Assembly (NCBI RefSeq): GCF_963921235.1
Contig: NC_086108.1
Span: 88,228,001 to 88,292,000 of the forward strand
DNA length: 64,000 nt
Direction: 5' to 3'
DNA from: Mobula hypostoma
Lineage: Eukaryota
Position numbers and translations under genes: made by a program. This document shows, one piece after another, positions 52,651 to 64,000 of this stretch. Position 1 is the first letter of the stretch. Each line of letters begins with the position of its first letter. The notes beneath the pieces are model-generated. The model was not told the origin of the DNA and did not search any database. It saw only the letters and a list, made by a program, of their open reading frames with translations.

Positions 52651-53119
52651 GTATCCTTTAAAGTAAGCCCAGTTTTGGGGCGGATTTCTGTAGACGCTAT
52701 TGGTGTGATCCACAGCAATACATAAGAGTAATACTTAGCATGGCCTTGATTGGGAAGAGATTGGAGATACCTGTTGTTTATTTGGTTTTATTTAGAGATA
52801 CAGCACGGTAACAGGCACTTTTAGCTCAATGAGCCCTCGCTGCCCAATAACAGCATGTGATCTACTAACCCACCAATCCCACGTGTCTTTGGAATGTGGG
52901 AGAAAACCAGAGCTTCCTGGGGGAAAGCCATGTGGTCATGGAGGAAACACACAAACTCCTTACAGACAGCGGGGAACTGAACCCGGTGGCTGGGGCTGTA
53001 ATAGCGTTATGCTAACCAATACACTACCATGTTGTCCCCATTTTGTTTTTACCAACATGATGCCAAAGCAAAAAGAGGCTATTTGGCCTATTGTACCAAT
53101 ATAATTTGGTATAGTAGCC

Positions 53120-53440
53120 CTGACCTGAGGAAGCATAACTTGTAATGAAGAGATTTACCAGGATGCTGCCTGGTTTAGAGAGTATGCATTATGATCAGAG
53201 ATTAAGGGAGCTAGGGCTTTACTCTTTGGAGAGGAGGAGGATGAGAGGAGACATGATAGAGGTGTTCAAGATAGTAAGAGGAATAGATAGAGTGGATAGC
53301 CAGCGCCTCTTCCCCAGGGCACCATATGGAGGAATTTAAGGTGGGGGATTATACAGGAGGCAGGGTTTGAGGGTTGTCACAACATTGTGGGCCGAAGGGC
53401 CTGTAATGTGCTGTATTATTCTATGTTCAATGTTCTATGT
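53120..53440 (+). mobile_element. CR1 3' fragment inside the U12 intron
   Basis: ORF 53145-53339 contains RFTRMLPGL and GLYSLERRRMRGD; (ttctatg)n tail. Confidence 0.85.
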
Positions 53441-54057
53441 AATACCCTCATAGTTGCACTAAGGTTAACAAAATTTTGGACCTTTTAAATTTTATTTGAT
53501 GTTTTCAGTCATTTGCACGTTGTATTCACTTGGAGAAAGATGTGGGGTCTTGTCTATCTATAAAGGGCCATAGTATTGCAAATAAAAGAGGAGAAACTGG
53601 GCAGAATTTCACTACCGTGGCAGGCGGTCAGTTAGAACTCCTTTTCCTTATACCTGTGAACACAATGAGTTCTCAAACATTATCTGTTGGGGTTAATAGA
53701 CAATGTTGATTTTGAATGGGGTATAATACTGGATGATTTGCAAGTAGTTGGCATGCATATAATAGGAGAATGCCTAGGTACACATTAAGACCAATATAAA
53801 ATTGTTCAAAACCCAAAATTTTGACAATACAAGATATTACTTATATGCTTAGACCAATTTTTGGACATTTCCTTATGATTGCTATTTTAACACAGGAATT
53901 ATGTTACATTTACATTAAAACAATGAATAGTAGAACATTACGGAATGTGATAATTGTTTATCCAACAAAATGCAGCAATAATTTCTAACCGTATATCACA
54001 AAATATTCTTGTTATACTGGATGCACTTAAATGATAATCAGATGTATGTTTATATCT

Positions 54058-54340
54058 CAAGGACATAGCCTCAAGATTCTAGGGAGTAGGTTTGGGATGG
54101 AGATGAGGAACTGCTTTTCCCAGAGGGTGGCGCATCTGTGGAATTCTCTGCCCATTGAAGCATTGGAGGCTACCTCAGTAAATATATTTAAGACAAGGTT
54201 GGATAGATTTTTGCATAGTTGGGGAATTAAGAGTTATGGGGAAAAGGCAGGTAGATGGAGATGAGACAATGGCTAGAATGACGGAGCAGGCTTGATGGGC
54301 TAGATGGTCTACTCCTGCTCCAATTCCTTATGTTTATGTT
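54058..54340 (+). mobile_element. CR1 3' fragment inside the U12 intron
   Basis: FSQRVAHLWNSLP and YGEKAG motifs. Confidence 0.8.
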
Positions 54341-54566
54341 CAGTTTTATATTGAAATCCTGTAATTTTTAAAACCTATAACAGTGAATTGAAGTGGAACA
54401 AATTAATTGCTGATTCAGAACTTTATTGTAACAAAATGGCATTTAGAACTTTCCATACGGTTCAGGGCTGATAGATAGATGGATTAGATATCGTGACCAG
54501 AAAATACCCGCTCAACTGTTCAACCTGCTGTTTAACAACTTAACTTCTTTAACCTTGAACACCAAG

Positions 54567-54634
54567 TGGTAGCAATGACAAAGAAAAATGCAAATGCAGC
54601 TCTGGTTTTTGCTTTTTTATATAAAATTATTCAG
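54567..54634 (+). CDS. ap1m3: AP-1 mu subunit, coding exon 3 (68 nt)
   Basis: Phase-1 continuation (T|TG = Leu), then VAMTKKNANAALVFAFLYKIIQ. Preceded by a U12-like branch point TTCTTTAAC and AG; donor CAG|GTGGGT. Confidence 0.92.
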
Positions 54635-54774
54635 GTGGGTGTCGTTCTTGTGTTTTGGAAACATGAAGATTAACTCTTCTGCCTACACAGTTGGATTTTA
54701 TTGGTCTTGATTTTAAACATTGTGCTGTACTGAACAAAAAATATTACTTTTATTTTGTATTGACGTACTATTAT

Positions 54775-55302
54775 TCGCAGTGGCCACTTTATTAAGTACA
54801 TGAGTGGAACCAATGTGATTTTCTGCTGTTGTACCCCGTCCACGTCAAGGTTCGACAAGTGTGTTTAGAAATACTCATCTGCACACCATTGTTGTAACAT
54901 ATGGTTATGTGAGTTACTGTCGCCTTCCTGTCAGCTTGAATCAGTCTGGCCATTCTCCCCTGACCTCTCTCATTAACAAGGCATTGTCACTCTTTAGAAC
55001 TGGATGTTTTTTTTGTTTCTCACATCTGTAAACTCTAGAGACTGCTGTGAGTGAAAATCCCAGGAGATCAGCAGTTTCTGAGTTACTCAAACCACCCTAT
55101 TTGGCACCAACAATCATTTCATGGTCAAGGTCACTTAGATCACAATTCTTCCCCTTTCTGATGTTTGGTCTGAACAATAACTGAACCTCTTGTCCATGTC
55201 TGCATGCTTTTATGCCCTGAGTTGCAGCCACATGATTAGCTGATTAGATATTTGCATTAATGAGCAGGTGTACAGGTGTACCTAATAAAGTGGCTACTGA
55301 GT
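54775..55302 (-). mobile_element. Tc1-derived non-autonomous DNA transposon (same family as 4362-4890)
   Basis: TIRs cagtggccactttattaagtaca / tgtacctaataaagtggctactgag. Confidence 0.82.
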
Positions 55303-56367
55303 TAGATTTTCTACTGGCATAAAGAATTGCCGATAAGCTTCAAAACTGGAATTAGTTCTAGAAGTGCAAATCTGCGTATTGGCAAAATCTATCATTTTAA
55401 AGTTAACAGCACTGGGTAATTACTTTGTTATTCTTACCTCATCATTCATGACAGAATCAGTTCATTAACACTCTTATGTCAGACAAGAATACATTCGCAC
55501 TCTCACACTCTCAATGCCATGATCTCTGGAACCAGTTCTTCTTCTTATCTATGTGGTTTCAGGTTTCAATGTAAAGGTCAAGCAAACAGGATATAAAGGA
55601 GATAGAATGTATGTTCCTAAAAGTTGCTTGAAATTCCAACATCTGCAGATTTCCTCGTGTTTGAGAATGTATGTTCCTGTCATTTTGTTACATTGCAGAA
55701 ATACATGTTTTTCTATCAGCAGAATCCTCTACCCCAGTTTCCCAACTCCCCTCTCACTCCACCCACAACTCAAAGTTCAAAGTATATTTATTATCAAAGA
55801 ATGTATAAATTACACAACCTTGAGATTTGTTTGCTTACAGGTAGCCACAAAGCAAGAAATCTGAAAGAAACCAATTAAAAAAAAGATCAACGGCCGATGT
55901 GCGAGAGAAAGGGGGAAAAAACCCCAAAAGTCATGCAAACAATAGAAGTGAGCAACAACATTCCAAACCAAATTGAGTTCTTAGGTTGGAACGCAGGTTA
56001 GCCCGGAATAGGCCCAAAGCCTTGGCATTAGTTCATTATATTAGTGGGCTTGGACCGGGGCAGTCATCATAGCCACAGTGCCATGGAGAAAGGAGTGAAC
56101 ACAGCAGAGAGCGAGCAAAATCAGTTCACGCCTCCAGTTCAACCTCACCGCCCAGCCCCAACCACTTTACACTGTCGCTTTGACAAACAGTGATTATTAT
56201 GACCTGCTGACTCTGCCTTCCAGCCCTCTGATCCCTATCTCCCTGTCTGGCATCCACACAGACCTATAAGACCTCTCCCTCCAGTCCACATATCTTTTTT
56301 ACTGGATCTGCCCAAATAATCATTGCTCTGACACCGTACTTCCACTTTTAATTTGTGTTGCCCTCAG

Positions 56368-56498
56368 GTTTTCACAGAATATTTTAAAGAGGTTGAAGAA
56401 GAAAGTATTCGAGATAACTTTGTTATCGTTTACGAACTTTTGGATGAGGTGATGGATTTTGGATTCCCACAGACAACTGATAGTAAGATACTACAGGA
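56368..56498 (+). CDS. ap1m3: AP-1 mu subunit, coding exon 4 (131 nt); the gene continues beyond the window
   Basis: Acceptor gccctcag|. Encodes VFTEYFKEVEEESIRDNFVIVYELLDEVMDFGFPQTTDSKILQE, the clathrin adaptor mu signature. Donor GA|GTAAGT. Confidence 0.95.
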
Positions 56499-57208
56499 GT
56501 AAGTATAGAACTGAGGAATTTAATTTTATCCATAACTTACTGATGTTCATCTGCACTTTTGTCTCTAGTAAATTTCTTTTTTTGTCGAAAGCTATTACAT
56601 ATATGTTCTTTAGTTATTTAGAGATACAGCAGGGTAACAGGGTCTTCTGGCCCAACAAGTCAAGTACACCCATGTGATCAATTAACCCTACTGACCCGTA
56701 TGTCTTTGGGATGTGGGAGGAAACTGAAGCACCTGGAGGAAATCCATACACTCATGGAGAGAGCGTACAAACTCCTTACAGACTGCGGTGGGATTGAACC
56801 CATGTCGCTGCCGCTGTGATGCTGTTACACTAGCCACTTCTCTTTCAGTGCTTGGAATAACAGTTATGATACATCACAAGCTCCAATTTGTTAAATCTGT
56901 AAAAGTAATGTTTTTTCGATTGATTATCCGTCATAGGAGACTGAAGGTTCTGAATCACAGGTCAAACAGTACTCCCTACTGGAATATTATAAAGTCACAC
57001 CTTGTTGGTTGCATACCTTGGATCTACCCACCTATCCTTATCAGTCAAAGGCGTTGCTATTTTCAGAATTCTGGTCAGAACTCAACTGAACCAGCCTTTC
57101 AAATAATGTAGCAGGTCAAAGGCTGAGTATCCTCGGGTAAGCAATTCACCTACTGACATCCCAAAACTAATCCACCATCCACAGCACCTACAGGTAGAAA
57201 TTGAGATT

Positions 57209-57815
57209 AAACACAAAATGCCAGAGTAACTCAGCGGGTCAGGCAGCATCTACGGAGATGAATAAGGGGTTGATGTTTTGGGCTGAGACCCTTCATCAGG
57301 ACTGGAAAGGAATGGAGAAGAAATGTGCGGGGAGAGGAAGGATTATAAGCGGGAAGGTGATAGTTGAAGCTAGGGGGATTGGGAGGATAAAGTGAGAGGC
57401 ATGGAGGAGATAGCTGGGAAAGGTAAAGGGCTGAAGAAGAAGGAATCTGATAGGAGAGGACCGTGGACTATGGGAGAAGCAGGAGGGGCACCAGAGGGTG
57501 GTGATAGGCGGTTAAGGAGAAAAGGGGCAAGAGGGAAGGCAAAATGGCGAATGGAAAAGGAGAGATGTGGAAGGGGGTGGGTGAAATTACTGGGAGTCAG
57601 AGAAGTTGATCTCCGTGCCTTCAGGTTGGAGGCTATCCAGATGGAATTTGAGGTGTTAGTCCTCCAATCTGAGAGTGGCCTCATTGTGTCAGTAGAGCAG
57701 GCTATGGATTGACATTTTGGAATGGGAATGGGAGTGGAATTAAAATGGTTGGCCTCCAGGAATCCTCCCTGTTGCAGACAGAACGAAGGTGCTTGACAAA
57801 GGGGCCCCCAATCTA
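57209..57815 (-). mobile_element. PLE 3' fragment with terminal repeat
   Basis: Homologous to 21655-22220; HHR motif at ~57268-57304. Confidence 0.8.
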
Positions 57816-59464
57816 AGTTAGGCCTAATGGAGTACTCTACATATCTGGATGAGTGCAGTCCTAGCAACACTCAATTTGCACTTCTCCACCCAGGACAAAG
57901 CAGGCCACTGTTCTGATACCCCATCCATTGCAGCAAACATTCATTATCTTTGCCTTGTGCCATCAATGCACTGCACCTAGTTACTGTGGTTACTTGGATA
58001 GCACCTTCCAGTCCTACAATCTGCATCATCTAGAACAGATATCATTGAGAACAGGGTTCCCAACTGGGGTCCATGGATCCCTTGGTTAATAGTAGGGGCC
58101 CATGGCATAAAAAATGTTGGGAGCTCCTGATCTGCAAGTTTGAGAGCAGTTGGTGCATGGGAACAACACCACAGCAACTTTCTCTTCATGTCTTTCATTA
58201 GCTTAATTTTGCTCCTATGCCTTATGGTCTTATCCTGCTTTGGAAATACATTACTAGTCCCTCAGGATTACTGGGCCCATATCCAGGAACCAATATGTTC
58301 CTGTAGACTCAACTGAAGAACGTTAGTCTTTCACCATCTTCTCAGGACAGTTAATAATAAGTGACAAATGTTGGTCTTGACATGGACATCTACATCTCAA
58401 AAACAAATGAATAAATAAAATCATTGTGGTCTGTTGTGTGGCATGTGAAGGTGATTCCACAGTATTCCTTAGGCAAAATGATTTGAACTGTCATATCATG
58501 CAAGCACTAAGAAACTGCAAGGATAAATGTCAACATTGATAGTGCTTAACCATAATGATTTAAAACTAATCATTTAATTCAGGAACAGCTGAATGATTGT
58601 ATCACAATCTAGTTCACTAATTGGATTAGTAGTCCTGCACAGTTCTAAATAATGTTGCCATACACTTTGATCTTTGTAATCACAAACAAGAGAGAATCTG
58701 CAGATGCTGGAAATCCAAGTAACACACTCAAAATACTGGAGGAACTCAGCAGGCCAGGCAGCATCTATGGAAAAGAGTACAGTCGACGTTTCAAGCTGTG
58801 ACCCTTCGGCAGGACTGGAGAAATGTAACTTTTCTTTTTTGAATTTTCGTCTTCCACATGATCTTCATAACGTCCTTTGGGGTATCATGCAGTATCCCAC
58901 CATCTTGATTGCTTTCTCTGGAGAGAAACGAAGTAGGAAACCATCATTCACTATAGTCTAAACTGTTCCAAAACTGGCTGGAAATGGACGCGTTATAGCA
59001 CAATGTGAGGGCATTCTATCAACAGATCTGCGGGCTCCTTGAAGCGTACAGTATTTAACAGCCAGGCACATTACTGTTCCTCCAGTGCCAAACCAAGTCA
59101 CTTTCCTTACTATTTCCGGTAGGTGTAAGCCATTCAGCCATTCAAACCTGCTTCACCATTCAATTAGTTCATTTGATCATTTACAGCAATACTATTTAGC
59201 TGTTCTCTCCTATATCCTTTGACTCCTTCGGTATCAAGAAATGCATTTATCTCTTTCGTAAAAATACTCAGCATCTTGACATCTAGAGCCCCTGTGGGTT
59301 TTCATCACATCCCTGCGCCTTTTGGTGATCACCCTATATCTTTTAATTAGGCTACTGAATGAAGTGCCAGTCAGGCAGGCTGATTCACCTAAGAGTTTGA
59401 ACAAAGTCAGGAAAGCCTAGAGATTGATTTTAAGTGACGAGTAGAAGGCCCAATTGTAATTACA

Positions 59465-60130
59465 TGAATCAGAATCAGATTTAATATCACTGACATCTGT
59501 CATGAAATTTGTGGATTTGTGGTATCACTACAGTGCAATACATAAAAATACTATAAATTACAATAAGAAATAGATATAAAAATAAGTTAAATAAGTAGTA
59601 CAAAAAAAGGGCAGAAATGGTGTTCACAGTCCGTTCAGAAATCTGATGGCGGAGGGGGAGAAGCTTTGGGCTCCAGTACTTCCTCTGATGTTAGAATTAA
59701 GAATAGAGTATTCCTGAGTGATGGGGCTCCCTAATGGTGGATGCTGCCTTTTTGAGGCATTGATGCTAGGGAGGCTTGTGCCCATGATGGAGCTGGCTGA
59801 GCTTGTAACCCGCTACGGCTTTTTCTGATCCCACGCAGTGGCTCCTCCATACCAGATGCAACCAGTGAGAATGCTCTCCATGGTGCATCTTTAGACATTG
59901 CTAGAGTCTTTGGTGACACCCTAAATCTCCTCACACTCCTAATGAAACATAGCTGCTGACATGCCTTTTTCGTAATTGTATCAATATGTTGGGCCCACGA
60001 TAGATCTTCAGAGATTTTGACTCCCAGGAACTTGAGACTGCTCACCCTTTCTACTGCTGATCCCTCAGTGAGAGCTGATATGTATTCCCTTGACTTCCCC
60101 TTCCTGAAGTCTACAATCAGTTCCTGGATT
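59465..60130 (-). mobile_element. Rex1-type LINE 3' fragment
   Basis: ORF 59731-60162 contains ELIVDFRK and KFLGVKISEDLSW; (aatcag)n tail. Confidence 0.82.
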
Positions 60131-60342
60131 TTAGTGATATGGTCCTGACTTGTACTATCCATTCTTTTAGGATACAGTGGAATATATTTATCAAGAAAGG
60201 AAAATAAGTGTCACATGTCATCCAATTCCTTGCCTTTTATCCTTTTGGTTAGAAATATAAAACAAATTTATATAGCACTGGTGAAGAAATTAGAAGACAG
60301 GAGCCCCCCTTACTGTAGTTCACTAATAGGACATAACATTTT

Positions 60343-62525
60343 AAGAACACAAGACATAGGAGCAGAATTAGGCCTCTTGGCCTATCAAGTCTGCTCTGCC
60401 ATTCCATCATGGCTGATTGATTATTCCTCCCATCTCTGTTCTAAATGGTCGTTGCTGTATTCTGAGGTTATGCCCTCTGGACCTGGACTCACCCACTATA
60501 GGAAACATTCTCTCCACATCCACTCTATCTAGGCCTTTCAGTATTCAATGTGATTCAGTGAGATCGCCCCCTCATTCTTCTAAACTCCAGCGAGTACCAT
60601 CAAATGCTCTTTATACGTTAACCCTTTCATTTCATAAGACCATAAAATATAGGAGAAGAAGTAGGCCATTCAGCCCATCAAGTCTGCACCACCATTCAAT
60701 CATGGGCTGATCCAATTCTTCCAGTCATCCCCACTCCCCTGGCTTCTCCCCATATCCTTTGATGCCCTGGCTAATCAAGAACCAATCTATCCCTGCCTTA
60801 AATACACCCAATGACTTGGCCTCCAGAGCCGCTTGTGGCAACAAACTCCGCAGATTTGCCACCCTCTGACTAAAATAATTTCTCCGCATCTCTATTCTAA
60901 GTGAACGTCCTTCAATCCTGAAGTTGTGCTCTCTAGTCCTAGACTCCCCTACCATGGGAAATAACTTTGCCATGTCTAATCTGTTCAGGCCTTTTAACAT
61001 TTGAAATGTTTCTATGAGATCCCCCCTCATTCTCCTGAACTCCAGGGAATACAGCGCAAGAGTTTCCAGACGTTCCTCATACAGTAACCCCTCATTCCTG
61101 GAATCATTCTTGTGGATCTTCTCTGAATCCTCTCCAATGTCAGTATATCCTTTCTAAAATAAGAAGCCTAAAACTGCACACAATACTCCAAGTGTGGTCT
61201 CATGAGTGCCTTATAGATCCTCAACATCATGTCCCTACTCTTATATTCTGTACTTCTAGAAATGAATACCAACATTGCATTTGCCTTCTTCAAAACTGAC
61301 TCAACCTGGTGATTAACCTTTAGGATATCCTGCCCAAAGGCTCCCAAGCCCTTTGCATCTCTGCATTTTGAATTCTCTCCTCATCTAAATAATAGTCTGC
61401 TTGATAATTTCTTCCACCAAAGTGCATGACCATACACTTCCCAACCCTCTATTTCATTTGCCACTTCTTTGCCCATTCCCCTAAACTATCTAGGTCTCTC
61501 TGCAGGCTCTCTGTTTCCTCAACACTACCCGCGCCTCCACCTATCTTTGTATCATTGGCAAATTTAGCCACAAATTCATTAATCTCATAATCCAGATCAT
61601 TGACATGCATCGTAAAATGCAGCGGTTCCAACACCGACCCCTGTGGAACTCCACTGGTAACCAGCAGCAGCCAGAACAGGATCCCTTTGTTCCCACTCAG
61701 TGTTTTCTGCCAATCAGCCAATGCTCCACCCATGCTAGTAACTTCCCTGTAATTCCACGGGCTCTTATCTTGCTAAGCAGCCTCATGTGCGACACTTTTG
61801 AAAGGCCTTCTGAAAATCCAAGTATACCACATCTACTACATCTCCTTTGCCTACCTTGCCTGTAATTTCTTCAATAAATTGCCAGCATCATTCTAGTGAA
61901 CATCCTCTGGACCTTCTGTCAGAACGTCTTTTAGACCATAAGACCATAAGATATAGGAGCAGGATTAGGCCATTTGGCCTGTTAGGTCTGCTCTGCCATT
62001 TCATCATGGCTGATCCATTTTTCCTCTCAGCTCCAGTCTCCTGCCTTCCCTCCATGTCCCTTCATGCCCTGACCAATCAAAATTCTATCAACCCCTGCCT
62101 TAAATATACATAAAGGTGGCTTCCACAGCTGCCCATGGCAATGAATTCCACAGATTCACCACTCTGGCTAAAGAAATTCCTCCTCATCTCCATTCTAAAA
62201 CGACGCCCCTCTATTATGAGGCTGTGTTCTCTGGCCTCATACACTCCCACCATAGGAAACATCCTCTTTACATCCACTCTATTTAACTTTCACCAGTTGA
62301 TAGGTTTCAATTAGGTCACCCCTCATTCTTCTAAATTCCAGTGAATAAAGGCCCAGAGCCATTAAATGCTCTTCATAGACAAGGGGACTACAACTGCTCA
62401 CAATACTCAGTGTGGTCTGCCTTTTAAAGTGTAAGCATAACATCCTTGCTTTTAAATTCTAGTCCCCTCGAAATGAATACCAACCTTGCATTTACCTTCC
62501 TTACCACCGACTCAGCCTGCATGTT
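60343..62525 (-). mobile_element. Cluster of three tandem or nested CR1 3' fragments
   Basis: Tails at ~60345, ~60635 and ~61933. ORFs 60725-61030, 61449-61733 (GVPQGSVL, FANDTKIG) and 62077-62277. Confidence 0.88.
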
Positions 62526-64000
62526 AACACAGAACATAGCACCGGCCACAATGTTGAGCCAACCTCTTAACAATCAATCTTGCTCCATAAACTGCAGTTA
62601 CACTCAGCCACTTCTCACTGAATCCTGGTTGCCCACATTTATATTTACTCCTCAATAAAAGCTACCCATAAATAATGATGAATTAGTTCTCTGCTTCTCT
62701 ACCTGAACAGAATTCCTGGAAGTTCAAACAGCCATTGTCGTGATTAATCGCCTGTTATTTAGTTATGTGTTCATGCAGCAGAGGATGATGGAAATAATAG
62801 TATCACTCCCTTGAGAATGCCTGATTCAGTGTCAGAGCTTGAAATGTAAAAGAAAATACACATAGAACCCTATTAATAAAAGACACAAGTATTTAACCTT
62901 ATTTAAATCCATACACAAACAAATATGCATTTTCTGCAATTCTAACCCAACGAAGATCATATGTTACAATGATGTTAAATGGCGAGATCACCCAAATAAT
63001 ACATTTGTGGAGTTTTGTTTGGGATGTTGCCACTTGATTTCTTTTCCTAAGTGTTGTTTAGTTTGAAAAATTGGTTTTGATAAGGTTGGGCTGGGGGAGG
63101 GGAGGGAGTGCTGGTATCTATGTGCGAGGGCTGAGTTTAAATGGTGTTATTTTGAATCCAGTAAGAACTATACAAATCCAACATAAATTTGCTTAAGAAT
63201 GAATGTAAGTATTTAAATGCAAGATACTGCAAGTGCTGGAAATCAGAAATAAAAAACTAATGCTGAAAATGTTGAACATACCAGTGAGTGTTTAGTTAGA
63301 GGATCATTAATTACAACCAATAACGTCTGATTCATTTCTGAGATTTTTGAACTCTTTGGGCATTGATGTGAGAATTCTGAAGTTATTAAAACGAATACAT
63401 AAACCCACTATGATTTTATAAAGCAATACAGTAACCGAAAGAACTCGATTCATCTTAAGACAGTTGTGTATTCCCAGTGAAAGACCATCCCTACAGAGAC
63501 ACAATATGATTTTTCTTTTAGCTAAGGCAGATCTTTGCTGCAATGGATGAACTGAAGTGATAGCAACAATAGTCTTGCTCAGACACGACGTGTCAGGAGT
63601 AGATAAGTTACAGTGTGTGTAAAAGAATGGACTGAAAAAGTGCTGGATGAATTGATTTGTTGTATCACAAAAGAGCGGATGGGGAAATTCAGTCATCTGA
63701 AGTTTTTGCATCGGATGCTTTTGTTGGGAAATCAGAAAAACTTCCACACACGTTGAACTAATGTGGCATGTCTGATATTCTTTAATACAATGATGTAATA
63801 TAGCCACTGGAAGATGTAAACCAGGTAGTTAAGATATTCAAAATAAATGGCAGATTATTAAGCAACACACATCAAAGTTGCTGGTGAACTCAGCAGGCCA
63901 GGCAGCATCTCTAGGAAGAGGTACAGGCAGATTATTAACATGGAAGCAAAATACCACACAGATTGAAAGCCTGAAATAAAAAAGAAAACTAGAAATACTC

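Larger units (their letters stand above)
52651..54566 (+). other. U12-type (minor spliceosome) GT-AG intron, intron 2 of the AP-1 mu gene
   Basis: 5' splice site GTATCCTTT (U12 consensus). Branch point TTCTTTAAC at 54545-54553, ending 13 nt before the intron end. No polypyrimidine tract. Reading frame is preserved. Confidence 0.9.

Noticed and set aside
63307..63807. 166-aa minus-strand ORF
   Set aside because: No recognisable domain or splice structure; it lies antisense in an intron.
56499..64000. Exon 5 of the AP-1 mu gene (expected YITQ...)
   Set aside because: No matching exon was found by eye; it probably lies downstream of the window.

Overview
Vertebrate genomic DNA, probably from a cartilaginous fish (batoid-like repeat content; this is an inference), dominated by decayed transposable elements: CR1 and Rex1/L2-type LINE fragments, Penelope-like elements (PLEs), tRNA-derived SINEs, Tc1/mariner-derived MITEs and a probable solo LTR. 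Two host genes lie on the + strand. The first is a C1orf210/TEMP-like (LRRC19-TM family) single-pass membrane protein: last coding exon 26358-26701, candidate upstream exons at ~4225 and 12827-12889. The second is an AP-1 adaptor mu subunit, best read as the third paralog ap1m3: coding exons 1-4 at 38916-38957, 52494-52650, 54567-54634 and 56368-56498, continuing beyond the window. Intron 2 of this gene is a U12-type (minor spliceosome) GT-AG intron. The most striking structure not shown by the ORF track is about 10 dispersed copies of a minimal type-I hammerhead-ribozyme motif (consensus AGTC-CTGAYGA-A-GGGTCTCGGCCC-GAAACGTC-GACT) in PLE terminal repeats. A ~1.9 kb purine-rich, G-rich satellite sits directly upstream of the ap1m3 CpG island. 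Most ORFs in the track are TE remnants or spurious. TE boundaries are approximate unless a TSD or TIR is cited.
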